Shown: piece after piece, positions 11,682 to 24,720 of the stretch
Position numbering within the stretch: the first letter of the stretch is position 1
Layout: each line of letters begins with the position of its first letter
DNA from: Centroscyllium fabricii
Lineage: Eukaryota
Direction of reading: 5' to 3'
Length of the DNA: 64,000 bases
Assembly: GCA_051313645.2 (NCBI GenBank)
Contig: JBNRSN020000008.1
Location: forward strand, 94,240,001-94,304,000
Made by a program: the position numbers and the translations under genes
The notes under the pieces: generated by a model
Databases searched by the model: none
Told to the model about the DNA's origin: nothing
What the model saw: only the letters and a program-made list of their open reading frames with translations

Positions 11682-12931
11682 TTGAGAAGGAGAACAGAAC
11701 TTGGGTTTCTATTTGAGACAGAGTGCTTTTGTGACACTACTTTTCTGAAAGCCCTGCCTTTTGCTGGGCTATGGTTCCACATGCCAATACCCTTTGGTAA
11801 CTTGCTGAAGTAGACACTGTTGATGTGTGAAACTAGACAGTGAAAGCCACTGTGGAAGGCTTGTTTTATGTTATGTTCACCTGATCCACAACTTGTAATT
11901 ACACGGCAGAGACCACTGCATATTGATGGAATGGAAACTGTGGCTGATTTCTTGCTCCATAGCCCAGGATGCAGTCCCAGCTGAGAATTGTAAACTTAGC
12001 ACAGACTAGTGTTTGAACTGGAGACTATGGTCTCCAAGGCATGAATTGCATTGGCCAGTTTCTTTACCCACTGGGACATTTGAGGAGATTTCTGTGGTTC
12101 TAATGTGGAAGTATAACAGCCCACAGCATAGAAGGGGGCCATTTGACTTACTAGGTCTGTGGCAGTAGCATGGGAATCAGAATTTGGTGTAGGAGACGAT
12201 GCAATGAGTCTTGATTTTAACACAATGAGGATTCAGACAGGAATATCATGAATGATAATATATTTCCAGTATAAGAGGAACAAGAAAGTTCAGAGAAGAA
12301 CTGACTATAGTAGCTTCGATAAACCAAAAAGATGAAAAAGGTTACATGAGCGAGAAAAAGTAAAACGCTTGGAGGCTGCAGGTGAGAGAAGGATCACACA
12401 TCGCATGACAAGCTTTTTCTTGTATTATGTTGAGGAATGCGCGAGGTGATAGAAGGACCTCATCAGATATGGGAGCAGTATTTAAGTATTGGACAGAGTT
12501 GGGCTATATAAAAGAATTACTGAGAGGAAAAGTACTTGGCATGACGGAGGAAACAGAATTTTCAGGAGGCAACTTTAGTAGTGGGAGTTACATTTGAGAC
12601 AGGAGATAGTAAGGCTAGAATCCCATAAAGGACTAAAGCTGCAACCATATAAAAGGCAAGAAGTAATCGCTGTTGGTTGGACCATCAAGGGATATGAAGA
12701 AATTGCGCCTTTGAAGAGAAACTGTGCCTTTAAAGAAGAGTCATAAGGACAAGATTTTTGTAGTCCCATTTGCAAGATGCATGAAGGAATAAACTGGTTT
12801 AAACAGAAGGTTGAGTGCACGGAAGGCATGATATCTGGGGAAACAAAATGTAGAGAATAAATCAGCAAAAGATGGTCACTCAGCCACAGGTCATCTGTAG
12901 TCTAATGAAGTTCTTAGAAATGTAGCGTGTC

Positions 12932-14212
12932 CAGGGCGCGACAAAACCGCTTGCCCGGGGCAAGTAAAATGCGGCGCTGGGCAAGTAAATGAAAATCTTA
13001 CTTGCTCGACCGGGCAAGTGACTGAGGCCATGGGAACGGGTGGGTGGATCCCGGCCTGGAGGTGGGTGCGGATTGGCCGGTGGGGCCGGGCGGCGCGGCA
13101 GGGATTGGAGGTGGTGGCGTGTCAATCGGGAGGGGCAGCAACCAAGTTAGGTGGAGCGGGCTGGTAGAATGCGGCAACAGTGGGTCGGTGCTGTCGACCT
13201 GCTGAGGGGGGAGAGAAAAAACCGGAACGGCTGCTGGACGAAGGTAGGCGGGGAGAGAGAGTGAGGGAGCCAGCGGCCTGCGGAGGCTTCACAGAAAGTT
13301 TGGTAAATGAGGGAAGAATGTTCAGAGTAGAGAGAGAGACCCAACACAATTATTACTAAACAAAGAGAAAAATATTTGACATACTGGACAGAAACGACAA
13401 AAACCCAAAACAAACTAGATTGTTATTTGGCCCTAAACAGACCGTACACCATGGCTAATTACCTGACCATGGTGAAAGATAGCAAACTGAGAAAAACCCT
13501 GACAATGTACAGACTTAGTGAGCACAGACTAGCCATCGAAAAAGGCAGACACATACAGACTTGGCTGCCCAGAGAGGAAAGGCTGTGCTCCCACTGCAGT
13601 CAGGGAGTGGTGGAGAGAGCTGCATTTCCTCACAACTTGTGAAAACTATCAGGGCATAAGGGGGAATTTCTACCCCAAATTCGTAAAAACATGCCCTGAA
13701 TTCAAAAATTTGAACGACCACCAAAAACTCCCATATCTATTGGGGGAAACAGAGGGACTGTATAAAATTAGCGGCAAACTACGTCATAGCTTGCCATAAG
13801 CAGAGGGACAACCAGTGACCACTGAAGCTAAGAAGAGTATATGAGATTTATATGTGGGTATATATGTATATGTTTGCATAGTTATCCATTCACTGTATGT
13901 CTAGTTCTGCATTTGTATGTTCAATAGATATGTCCTTTTTCTGTGCTTTGGCAACATAAGATGTATCTTGTCATGCCAATAAAGCAATTTGAACTGAATT
14001 GAATTGACCCTGGCAGAGAGGGGTAGAAACTGGGCCAATGCAACTAAAGGCACAATCACAATCTATGGCTTTAGATTGAAGCATTTTAATAAAAATGTAA
14101 AATCTTTATTTCTTTAAAAATTTCAGGCAAGTGAAATTTGTGTTTGGGCAAGTGTTTTAGAAATCCACTTGCCCGATTGGGCAAGTGAAATTTTTTTTTT
14201 TGTAGCACCCTG
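12932..14212. mobile_element. Non-autonomous DNA transposon (possibly P superfamily) with a nested LINE fragment
   Basis: TIR CAGGGCGCGACAAAA / TTTTGTAGCACCCTG, flanks gcgtgtc / gtgtgtc, and subterminal GGGCAAGT repeats at both ends. Confidence 0.7.
13343..14008 (+). mobile_element. Non-LTR retrotransposon 3' end (RTEX-like, tentative) nested in the MITE
   Basis: ORF 13376..13642 encodes KTLTMYRLSEHRLAIEKGRH...RLCSHC with a frameshifted HFL..C zinc knuckle. The 3' UTR ends catgccAATAAAgc followed by a (ttgaa)n tail. Confidence 0.7.
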
Positions 14213-14999
14213 GTGTGTCCATAACTGGGCATAATATTCCAAATGATTAGCTTGGTTACTGGCTTCACATTAACTGGATAATTTTACTGAGTAGTTAGTA
14301 ATCATGCTACATTTTCCTTTTTTAGCTTTACTAATGAAGATCCATTTATATACACGTTCATGTTTCAATATGTATACCATACATTTACTTAACTACATTA
14401 AAAGCTGTGCATTATTCCTTAGCCCATCAGCTTATTGCAGATCCACTTGCACACAATCAACCTCTCATAGTAGACACCTGGCTGCATTATATTTTGTTCA
14501 GCATTATCTTGCTTCTGAAACTATACTGACTAATCCTTTGGGCCTTTTGTGTTTCTCAGATGAAAACTGACATTATGAACAATAATTGAACACATTTCAT
14601 TCCTTTTATTAATATTGGGGCTACATTTGATTTCTTCCAGTCTTTGGGTGCAGCTGCTGTATATGAATTTATTTAAAAATCTCGCCTATTTTCTTGTTCA
14701 TTTCCTCAACAATTCTGGGCTGATCAAAGCATACAGTGGTCACTGGGGGTAAGCCAGTGCAGATCACAGCCCTGCGATTTTCCCAATATACCCTGGCTGT
14801 ACGCAAGGCACCACCTTCCCCATCACGTCTCTCAGAATGTATCCTTTAACTCTTCGAATTATTTTCATCTTACATGCTTTATTGATTTCGACATTACAGA
14901 TTCAGGAGCCAGCAATGACAATCTAGAATTTGTAGATATGAACCCTCATCTTGTGCAATAACCTTTTGTCACACCTTATCGAATGCCTTTTGGATTTGT

Positions 15000-16600
15000 T
15001 GGCTTTTAGTCACATTAGTTTCTCGAGTATTTTTTCTCTACTAATATTAATTACTTTAAGTTCCTCACTCTCATTAGCCCCTTGGTTCCCCACTATTTTT
15101 GGTATGCTTTGTGTCTTCTACTGTGAAGACAGATACAAAATATTTGTTTAAAGTCTGCCATTTTCTTATCCCCCATTATAATTTCCCCCGTCACAGCCTC
15201 TAAGGCAGTGGTCCCCAACCGCCGGTCCGCGGACCGGCACCGGTCCGCGGGACAATTTTACCGGGCCGTTGAACGATTTGCGCTTCCTCCTTAAATAACG
15301 CTTTTTTTTGGCTGGACCGCTTGTTTCCGTCTGTGCCTCATTTAACGATGCACAGACGGAAGCCGTTTAACGAGGCACAGACGTAGGGCTTGCGTCTGTG
15401 CCTCGAACGCACCCCCCCCTCACCGCCCACGCCGTGACGTCACGACGCAAGCGGTGAAGAGAAAGGGCGTTCGAGGCACAGACGCAAGGCTTGAACTTGA
15501 TTGCGCACCCCCGCCCCGCCAGCAGTATATATGCTTTTGTTTGGTGTTCATCTCTTGCGTTTCTCCGCTTAATAGTTCAGTCCAGTCACTAGGCTGGACT
15601 AAGCGGAGAAACGCGGGAGATGGACACTGAATGGAAGTGTGTGTGTTGCTGGCGGGGGGAGGGGGGCTGATGGAGGTGCGTGGGGGGGGGGGGGGGTGGT
15701 CGGGCTCGGGCGGCCAGACGGCACGACGGGGCGCGGCGCCGCCCCAGCTCCAGCCCACCGAAACACAATCCCTCCGCTCCCACTGAAGAGGCCCGGGCCC
15801 CGGCGGGCGGCATGACCCCTCCCCCAAAACGCCCCCCGCCAGCGTTTGGCACAAAGGAAACACCAAACTTTAGTGTTTCCCTTGTGCCAAACACCGGCAA
15901 AAAGCACCTTGAGAGAAGGGCCACGCCGCCCACCGGAACCCGAACCTCCCCAACAAGAGCGAAGAGACTGCACCCCAGCAGGCCGGAGCCGGAACAGCAC
16001 CGCGCCCCGCCACGCCGTCCGACCGCCAGCACCACCCCCCACGAAAAAATTGCGAACCTCAAAATGGGCCGCGGAGCCAAAAAGGTTGGGGACCCCTGCT
16101 CTAAGAGACCAACATTTACTTTTGAAACTCTCTTCCTTTTTACATATTTGTAGACACTATTACTATCTGTTTTTATATTTCTTGCTAGCTTACTCTCATT
16201 CTATTTTCTCACTTGTCAATTTATTCGACATCCTTTGCTGGTTTCTAAAGCTCTCCCAATCCTCAGGCTTACTACTATTCTTTACAACGTAAATCTCTTC
16301 TTTTAGAAACATAGAAACATATCTAATATTTAATCTAATTCTATCCTTAACTTCTTTAGTAAGCCATGGATGGATCACTTTTCCTATGAAGTTTTTATTT
16401 CCCAATGGAATGTATATTCGTTGAGAATTTTGGAATAGCTCTTTAAATATTTGCCACTGCTCATCTACCTTCATGCCTTTTAATCCAATTTCCCCATCTA
16501 CCTTAGCCAACTCTCCCGTAATACGTATATAATTGGCTTTATTTAAGTTGGAGTCTAGTTTTGGATTTGAGTATGTCACTCTCAAATTCAATGTGAAATG
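15000..16600 (-). mobile_element. Old CR1 ORF2 fragment split by a hAT MITE
   Basis: ORF 16196..16591 encodes KANY...QWQIFKE...PWLTKEVKD (CR1 linker). The sequence gcctctaag|agaccaac is interrupted. Confidence 0.75.
15206..16098. mobile_element. hAT (Charlie-like) non-autonomous element
   Basis: TIR CAGTGGTCCCCAACC / GGTTGGGGACCCCTG; 8-bp TSD ctctaagg / ctctaaga; GC- and CpG-rich interior. Confidence 0.88.
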
Positions 16601-17442
16601 AGGTTACTAGCAGATTTCCCGTGACATTGCTCACACGGAGTCAGAAAATCATCTCCTCTGCTGGTGTCTCACATTCCTGCCTTCAGTCTTTCTCCCTCTC
16701 ACACTCAGATTGCACTCTGCCCAGATTCAATTTTTGTCTTATCAGCTAGTATTAGCAATGGTGTGCGGGATGCATACAGGGCAGAAGAGTAGGGGCAGCA
16801 GCAGTGGGCTTAGGCCAAGACAAGGGTTAAAAAAATTAAATGGCCACTGGGGCGCCTGATGTGAGCTGTCCAAGAGCAGCAGGGTGCTGGACAGGAGTGG
16901 AGTAGATCCAAGGACAGTAACAAAAGCAGGGAGAGGATACAGGAACTAGCAGAGTGACAAAGGCAACACCAACAAGGCAACCGAGCAGTGCAGCATACAT
17001 ACAATTTAAAATAAGCAAGAAGAAACAGATGAAATTAAAAACAACACTTACCAGTTAAAAAGGTTGAAAAATAAAATGTCAGATGGACTTATGCTACCTA
17101 TGGAGAACTGAAGGCAATGAAAGTATAACAGTAATGTAAGCAGGTGTTATTTCAGATATTTTCAACTATCGCAAGTCACGACAAAATCATTACACAAAAC
17201 GTGTGATGACAGGAAGAGCGTTCAGTTATAAGAAAATGCAGCAAAAGCACTGATGGCAAATCTCCTGTGACAAACCAAGTAGCAGTGTCATGGTCTGTAA
17301 ACACTGGTCCTTAAAGGTAGTGAATACGCCACCTGAAATGCCTGGACATGAAGATGCTGTACCTTCCTTAATTGGTCCCCCTTATGCAGCACTGTGGGAA
17401 CACCAAAAGGGACTCCTGTCCTCCCAACCTAGTTAGCTACTA

Positions 17443-17791
17443 CAGGTTGGGCACCGTTAATCCGGCACCCAAAAAACCGGCAGCTTGAGACATCCGGCAC
17501 GGATTTCCCCGACTGCCCTGCGCAAAATGTCCGCCGCACATGGCTGCGCATGCCCGGGCCTCCCTGACTAGTCTGTGCATGCGCAATATGGCCACCGCGC
17601 TTGGCTGCACATGACCGGGCCTCCCCGAACAATTGATGCTTTGGCGAGCGCATGCGCAGACCATTCAAAATTTCGCGGCGGCCATTTTGAATGATCTGCA
17701 CATGCGCCACCGAAGCTTCAATCATTCGGCGTTTTCAAAAATTCGGCATGGTCCTGGCCCCGACCGTGCCGGATTAACGAAGCTCAACCCG
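17443..17791 (-). mobile_element. Tc1/pogo (Tigger-like) MITE, family M1
   Basis: TA|CAGGTTGGGCACCGTTAATCCGG ... CCGGATTAACGAAGCTCAACCCG|TA. Opposite orientation to the 22039 copy. Confidence 0.82.
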
Positions 17792-18958
17792 TACCTGTAC
17801 TGCGCAGTAGTTGCCAAGACTCCAGGAATGTCCGTCATAGCAAGTTGAAGGCTTCAACAAAAATGCAAAATTGCAGAGGGAAGTAAAAGTACGCAAGATG
17901 TTAAACGTACAAGTAGAGAAATGCTTACTGTTAAAAATGTAGACTTCAGCATTCCATGAAACAACAGCAAGAGACAATACAAAGCAGGCCAGGCACATTT
18001 CTTTGTCATGTGCCCATGTTATATGGGTAAAGAGCACATTGAGCAGTGAAGCCACACTTGAAGTCATAAAATTCAGCATGGGACCTTATTTTTGTGCACG
18101 CCTATAGTGCAACCTCATTCATACCCCCAAAAATCCCACGTTGGGTAATTGGGTGCACTTCAAATAGAACCTCAGAAAAATCAAGACTTAAAAGTTGAAG
18201 GGGAATTAGTTAAGTATTTGAAGAGTAAGAACATAAATTAATGTAGGAAAACAGCAGGGAAATGGGACTAGTTAACCCTCACTGAAGAGCTAGCAACAAA
18301 TTGAAAGGGCTCCTCTTCACTAAGTATCTATTATCCCATGATTCTAAATCTGTACAGCAGCACAAGCAACATATAACAAACTATTTTTTCTATTTATTTC
18401 CTACATTTTAATGAATTACTTCTGCTGTATAATTACAGGAGTACATTAAATGAGGGTGAAGGTAGTTTAAAAAAAGACATCATTTGTCACAATCAGTATA
18501 TTATTGCAATGAAACGCCCAAACATTAGGAAAAAAAGTGGAAGTCAGTAAAATAATTAAATTGATTTATACTAATTTCTTCAAATGATGCTGCCAGACCT
18601 TTGTTTTGGAGGGTGGAACATTGAGTCATAGACATCGCCACAGCAGTCAACAAGTCTACTTCACAACTACAATTAAAGTACGCTTATTGCTCACATTACT
18701 ATACAATCTGTACAAATTGCCTTTTTTTATATTAAGTATTGATCTAGAGCCGCCTTCAGATGGCTAAGTGACCAGATGGACTATATGCTGTGGTACAGAG
18801 CTATACATAGATCAGGAAGGTTCCCAGGTTTGAGCCTCTGTCTGCAAGGAGTAAGAATCTCAGCTGGGGCAAAATCACTTTATAAATAAGATTACTGGTC
18901 AGTTCCTTGGTCACAATTTATTAATAGTCAAATAAACTTTAATAATGTCAACACTCAC

Positions 18959-19172
18959 CAGTAATGAGCTCTCTCATTTCTGCATCCACAGTTTTTCGTA
19001 ACAAACGCAATAAGGCGGGGATTCCACCAGTATTCTTTACGGCTATTTTATTCTCATCAGTTGATCTTCCGTAAACTAGGTTCCGAAGTGCACCACATGC
19101 ATTTTTCTGTACTTCGAGGACTTTATGATCGAGAAGATCAACCAAGTGCTTAATTCCACCCAATATGCACAC
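18959..19172 (-). CDS. PKP4: Plakophilin-4 coding exon G (about human exon 11), ARM repeats
   Basis: Boundaries cccaag|GTG and ACTG|gtgagt; 214 nt, phase 0-1. Encodes [35 protein letters not shown]...ELIT. Confidence 0.96.
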
Positions 19173-19611
19173 CTTGGGCAAATAAGCAACATAATACTCA
19201 TCTTCAGTTTATTACTGTATATAGAAAATTGATTTTCTGCTATAATGTACAACTTTTTAAAAATGCATTATTAATCCTACAAACACCAAAGGTACAGTTC
19301 TCTTGAATTGACAGCTCTAATTGAATGCAGGTGAAGTTTAACCCTCGCCCTGCTAGCAGCAGCTTTTCACCAAATAGATTTGTGTGCAATCACATGACAA
19401 TGAAGACACGAAATATAGAAGACAGACCACTACTGTACTTCCAAAAGACTACATACAATTTGTGCTGTCAAATTCTCCTCAGGTTATTTAAATCTATTGA
19501 GGGAGGTGAAAAAATACAGGCAAAATATAACATTCAAATTTCTCCCTGAACCCCCAAATAATCTGTCATCCATATTAACAATCCAGCATACAAATTGCAA
19601 TATTCCACATA

Positions 19612-19767
19612 GGGGGGTAATTTTGAACTTTGCCAGATGGGCAGCAACCTGGCAGAACAGATCACCTGCCTGTTTTAGAGCCTGCCCGATTTTGAAATCA
19701 ATGGAATGAAAATCAGGCGGCCTTTCCAACGGCCACCCGCTAGGGGCTGAAGTTGAAAATTGCCCTC
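19612..19767. mobile_element. Short GG-terminal MITE (family M2-like)
   Basis: Imperfect TIR GGGGGTAATTTTGAACTT / AAGTTGAAAATTGCCCTC. Confidence 0.6.
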
Positions 19768-22038
19768 ATGGTATTTCCACACATTTTCCAGTTGATTCCT
19801 TCAATATCCCGTTCCCCGCTTTTAATGGTTGCTCTCCCATTCACAGGTCATCTGTTTCTAGGCTTTTTCCAATGCAACACTAATTGGCCACCAGGAGGTC
19901 AGTAAAAGCAGTTTAAAGAAACTTTACTTTTCCTTACCCTCCTTGTAGGGAAATACTAGCTTTCAGTCGCTAACAGCGCCTTCCCATGCCCATACCATGA
20001 CCAATATCAGAAACTTGTACATGAACCTTGGTCCAAAATCATTAAATGCTGCATTCAGATGATGTATTTTGTACTTTTAAAATTGGGCATCTTTGCAAAA
20101 TTAACATTTACATAATTAATCGCACATGAATTAGGCTTGGGGACAGTTTGATGAGTGAGTATTGTGCATTCACAGGTATTCCAATTAAGCAACTTCAATT
20201 ACAATGTTTAAAAGTATTTTTTATATACTGAAAGCTGTAATACTGCTGAAATAGTAATTTTACTGGTATAAATTAAATACTTCAATTTCAAAGCTGAATT
20301 CCCTTACTCAATTAGTCTACTAAAATGTACTCAGTTGACCATCCGCATGCCTGGAGGGCAATACAGGGAGATGCATCTTTGCACCAGCTCCTATTACTGT
20401 ACAGTAAAGTATACAAATACTCTATTTGGCTTTACATTTTATAAAGACAGCTTCTGCTCAATATCACCTCAAAACATGGGAAACAGAAATGCTAGTTGTT
20501 CCAAAAAACACTTTGCAACAGCCAGCAAGTAAATACTTTCAATACCAACATCAACCATTTCACACAAGTGTGAAAAAATATCTATTCTTAATGCTTGCGC
20601 AAAGTGAATGGAGGCAAAACAAAATCTGGCTTTGTAATTGTATTAAAGTTGTAACCAGTGATTTGAAACACCGAGGTAATTAGAGCTATGATTATGTTTT
20701 AGCTGTTTAAATATAGCTCATTTTTTGCCTCAATTCACATGGCAATATATTATATAGATATGATAGCCCAATAGTTTGCCTTGATGAATAGTTCTTTAAA
20801 AATCACATACAATAAGGGCCCAAGTGTATCTAGTTTTTAAGAATGCAATAGCTCAAACAACTTCACAGTAGCTTATGGAAACATTCGTAACTCATCAGCT
20901 CTGCTGCTATGAAAAAAATAACATTAAGATCGGGGTAGAAGCTCTGGTCCAAGGATCATAAATTGGAGCATCGATTGCGACTTACTTCCTCAGCTGTAAG
21001 TAGCAAAGTTCTTTCATACAATTGAATACTGTTTTAATGTTTGTCTTCAGGCTTTAATTTACAAATCTCCTGGTCCCTGCTTAATATAAACATTACTTTG
21101 AATTGCAGTTTTTTAAAACAATTTTTAGCTTGCCCACGTTATGTTTTTAATAAAGTCAGTTTTGGTTGTCTCACACACAAGGTTCATAGGAATACACACA
21201 AAACGTGTTTGTTGGGTGTCTCTGCTCCTAGCATTCTTTGAGTAATGGGGACTCTAATGAAAACTAATGGGCTACTTCCAGCAGAAGCGAATGAAGAAAT
21301 CTGATTAACTGCACTTTCAGTATTGCTTCGTCCCTGTATCATCCAGGGTATAATGCAACCTTATCTGCAAAAAATCTTCAAAACAATACACTATGTGCTG
21401 TCCAAGTGCCTAAAAACAGTCCATGTCCGATGTTATCAGTCTCTATTTCTTGCATTTCACATGACTGAAAATATCAGTCAGTGAATATCCATAATGTTTC
21501 CACCCGCGTGCATCTGTCTCCTATTAATATGAACAGGAGAGTAAAATTAACACATTTATGCAACCTTGTTGAGAAATCTTTTTCAAAGTACAAACTTCAA
21601 AGTCCTCCAACGAAACCAGCAGGGAAGAAAATGCATCAAAACACTATCTGCCAGTCAGGAAATCCTCCTTACTCAACTTCCCTGCTCCAGCTAAGGCTGC
21701 TGGTCAATTCCCCATATGCTATGTACCCCTCCTTGGATGGATGTCAGAACAAATTGAAACTGATCCTGAAGCTTAATTATCAAGGGGATCACCAACACTG
21801 GAAAGAATAAAGCTGCTGTAGGAGAGTGAGATTTCCTAGCAAATGAGGGAGCCCACACGGAGGATCAATTCAAAAGAGGTCTTTTACTAACAAACTCCAA
21901 CACAACACTGAGGTGAAAAGCCCGCGAATCACGTGATGACATCACCACGTTGTATCACGTGAGGTCAGTTTTCCCTCGCTCTTAAAGGGGAGGGGATACA
22001 TAAACGTTAAAGGGAATTATACATAGTGTTTCTATATA

Positions 22039-22494
22039 CAGGTTGAGCACCGTTATACCGGCACGGGCAGGACTAGGCCCACGCCGGTAGAGCGAAAAAA
22101 CCGGTAGAATGAAGCCGGCCAGTGCGCATGCGCGCACCATTCAAAATGGGCACACGCATGCGCAAACATTGGAAATGGCCGCCGAACATCCTTGCTGAGT
22201 CTCAGCTGCGGTTCGTGCCTCCTGATGACGGCCTGCAGGCTGCTCCGGGGAACCGCGCGCTTCACCATGGCGGGCGCTCAGGACCTGCACATTCAAAACG
22301 CGGCGCGAGCCGCCGCGCCCTGACGTCACGGAAGGCCCGGCTTCCGTTTTGAATGATCTGTGCATGCGCAGATCATTCGCCGAAGCATCAATTGCGACGG
22401 CCATTTTGCGCATGCGCAGGGCAGTCGGGGCGATTTATACCAGACGACTGAAGTTGCTGGTGTTTCAGGTAACGGATTAACGGTGTTCAACCTG
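22039..22494 (+). mobile_element. Tc1/pogo (Tigger-like) MITE, family M1
   Basis: TA|CAGGTTGAGCACCGTTATACCG ... CGGATTAACGGTGTTCAACCTG|TA. Confidence 0.88.
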
Positions 22495-22954
22495 TATAAG
22501 CATTTACAATAGGATGTGGAACTGCCACACTACCATCTTTGGCATCGCTGCGCCCTTACTACCAGAGTGTCCTTGTGGAGACTAAGTCTGGTCTTCAAAT
22601 GTAAGACAACTTCCAGCATGTCATGTGGCATTACCACCATGCTATGTGGGACACATTAACAGATCGAGCAGCTCAAAACTAGGCATACATGAGGCACTGT
22701 AGGCGATAAGAAGCAGCAGCAGGGTATTCCACCACAATCTGCAACCTGCATATTTCTCACTCCACCAACACCATCAGCCAGATGACAAACCTTAATTCAA
22801 CGAGTGTAGAAAAGCAGTACCAAGTGCATCGCAAAATGATGTGCCAACCTGGATTACATGTATGCGGAACAGCAGAAGCAGCACACTACAGACTGATAAG
22901 CGATCCCATAATCAACAGATCAGATCAAAGCTCTGCAATCCTCCATCATCCAGG

Positions 22955-23415
22955 AAACTGCAGCTTATCAGAACTGGATGTTGGACAAGCAGGCTAATAA
23001 CACAGGCAGTGGAGGGGTCGATGGAGGGGGACAGGCAGAACTGGGTATCGTCAGAGTCTGCATGGAACCCGACACCATGGCTTCAGGTGACGTCGCTGAA
23101 GGGCTGTATGTAGATGAAGAAAAGGAGGGGGCCAAGTATAGATCCTTTGTAGATTCCAGAAGTAACGGTGCTGGGGTGGGAGTAGAAGCCATTGCTGCAG
23201 ATGCTCTGGCTATGATTGGATAGGCAAGGGTGGAACGAAGCAAAGGTATTCCTACTCAGCTGGACAATGGAGAAGTATTGGAGAGGATAGTGCAGTCAAC
23301 TGCATCAAAGGCTGTAAGGAGGTTGAGGGCAACAAGAAGGCATAGTGCACCACAATCAGTCGCAGAGGGTATCTTTTGTGACTTTGATTATGGCTGTTTC
23401 AGCACTGTGGCATGG
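22955..23415 (-). mobile_element. L2 LINE RT fragment
   Basis: The minus strand reads as a degenerate G.PQGSILGPLLF.IY..P.GD...HGV.FHA..DDTQ RT core. Confidence 0.75.
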
Positions 23416-23956
23416 AAAACCTCCTTGAAATCTATCCCCTTAATCAATCACTTGGTCGCCCTCCTAAACTTTGCTTTCCTGAATCTATATCCTTTTTCCA
23501 AACACCTTCTTGGGATATTTTATGTTAAAACCTAACTGAGTGGAAGTAGTTGTGCAGCTGTTTGACATGGGAAATTAGCTGGCAAAGAAATTAATTCTCT
23601 CAGTCACAGTTAAGTTTTTCTTATGCCAATGCAAGAGTGGACCAGATAATCAACACTGCAAAGTTAAGCAGGGATAGAAAGGCATGCATCAGGGAGATTC
23701 TCAATTTACACTGGGTAGTTGAAATTTCAGAACAATGAGTGAAATCAATGATTTCACATCATGAACTGCAGCATCGAACCACATGCATATTTCAAGCTGA
23801 CTGGTCTTGCATCACAGGTTTCAGTATGCAGGTTAGCAGAGATGTTACATTTTTGCAATTCGAACATCATACATCTCAAATTGTAGTGCATACTTTTGTA
23901 CTCTTCTATAGCTTTCCTCAGAAATAAACTAGAAGTGCCATACACATGTACCATAC

Positions 23957-24089
23957 CTCTGTTTTCACTTTGTTATCTCCAAAACAAAGGTGCTGTAAGT
24001 AGGCTGCTGCATTGGCCTGAACTGATGGAAACTGGTGTTGGAGCATATGAATCACTTCTGGCAACTCTGGGTCACGCCAAGCAAACTCC
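23957..24089 (-). CDS. PKP4: Plakophilin-4 coding exon F (about human exon 10), start of the armadillo repeats
   Basis: Boundaries actcag|G and GAG|gtatgg; 133 nt, phase 2-0. Encodes [44 protein letters not shown]. Not in the ORF track; translated by hand. Confidence 0.95.
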
Positions 24090-24306
24090 CTGAGTTAACA
24101 AAATGAATTGAGAAAATCCCTCGTTAGCAAATTTCTTTGTTAAGCATTCTCGTACTTTAAACCAACCAGTTATAGCATCTAAAATGAAATCTAATCATGC
24201 CATTCCAGCAAAATACAATCACCTTTCCCATTCTTCAATGTTTGATAAGGGCTTTAAAAAATTAAAATTTTGGATTTTATTTTGTAATTAGAGGATAACG
24301 GCATCT

Positions 24307-24720
24307 CAAGTTCAAGTTTCAAGTTTACTTTATTTGTCACATACATCATTATACATGTACAAAGTGCAGTGAAATGCTTAGTCGCAAGCTCCATGTCTGT
24401 ACTCTCCGGACAACAATAAATACAAATAATAAATGAGCAATTATAAGAAGAAAAGGCATTCAATCGTCAGTATGCCGACCAATGGCAGCGTATTCATTTA
24501 GGATCCGGATGGCTTGGGGGATAAAAGCTCCTCCTAAGCCTCTCCGTGTTTGTCTTAATGCTGCGGTAGCGTTTTCCTGACCACAGCAGTGAGAAGAGGC
24601 CGTTGTTCAGGTGACTAGGATCCTTAATGACCTTCTTAGCCTTAGTCATGCACCGCCTAGTGTAGATATCCTGCAGGTATGGGAGTGCACCCCCGGTGGT
24701 ACGTTCTGCAGTTTTCAATA
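24307..24720 (-). mobile_element. Rex1/Babar LINE 3' end
   Basis: ORF 24494..24742 encodes LQDIYTRRC...KDPSHLNNGLFSLLWSGKRYRSIKTNTERLRRSFYP, followed by aataaagt and a (ttgaac) tail. Confidence 0.82.

Noticed and set aside
15420-16292. Cluster of overlapping 147-163-aa ORFs on both strands
   Set aside because: They lie in a GC-rich hAT MITE where stop codons are rare. The translations are low-complexity with no transposase motifs.
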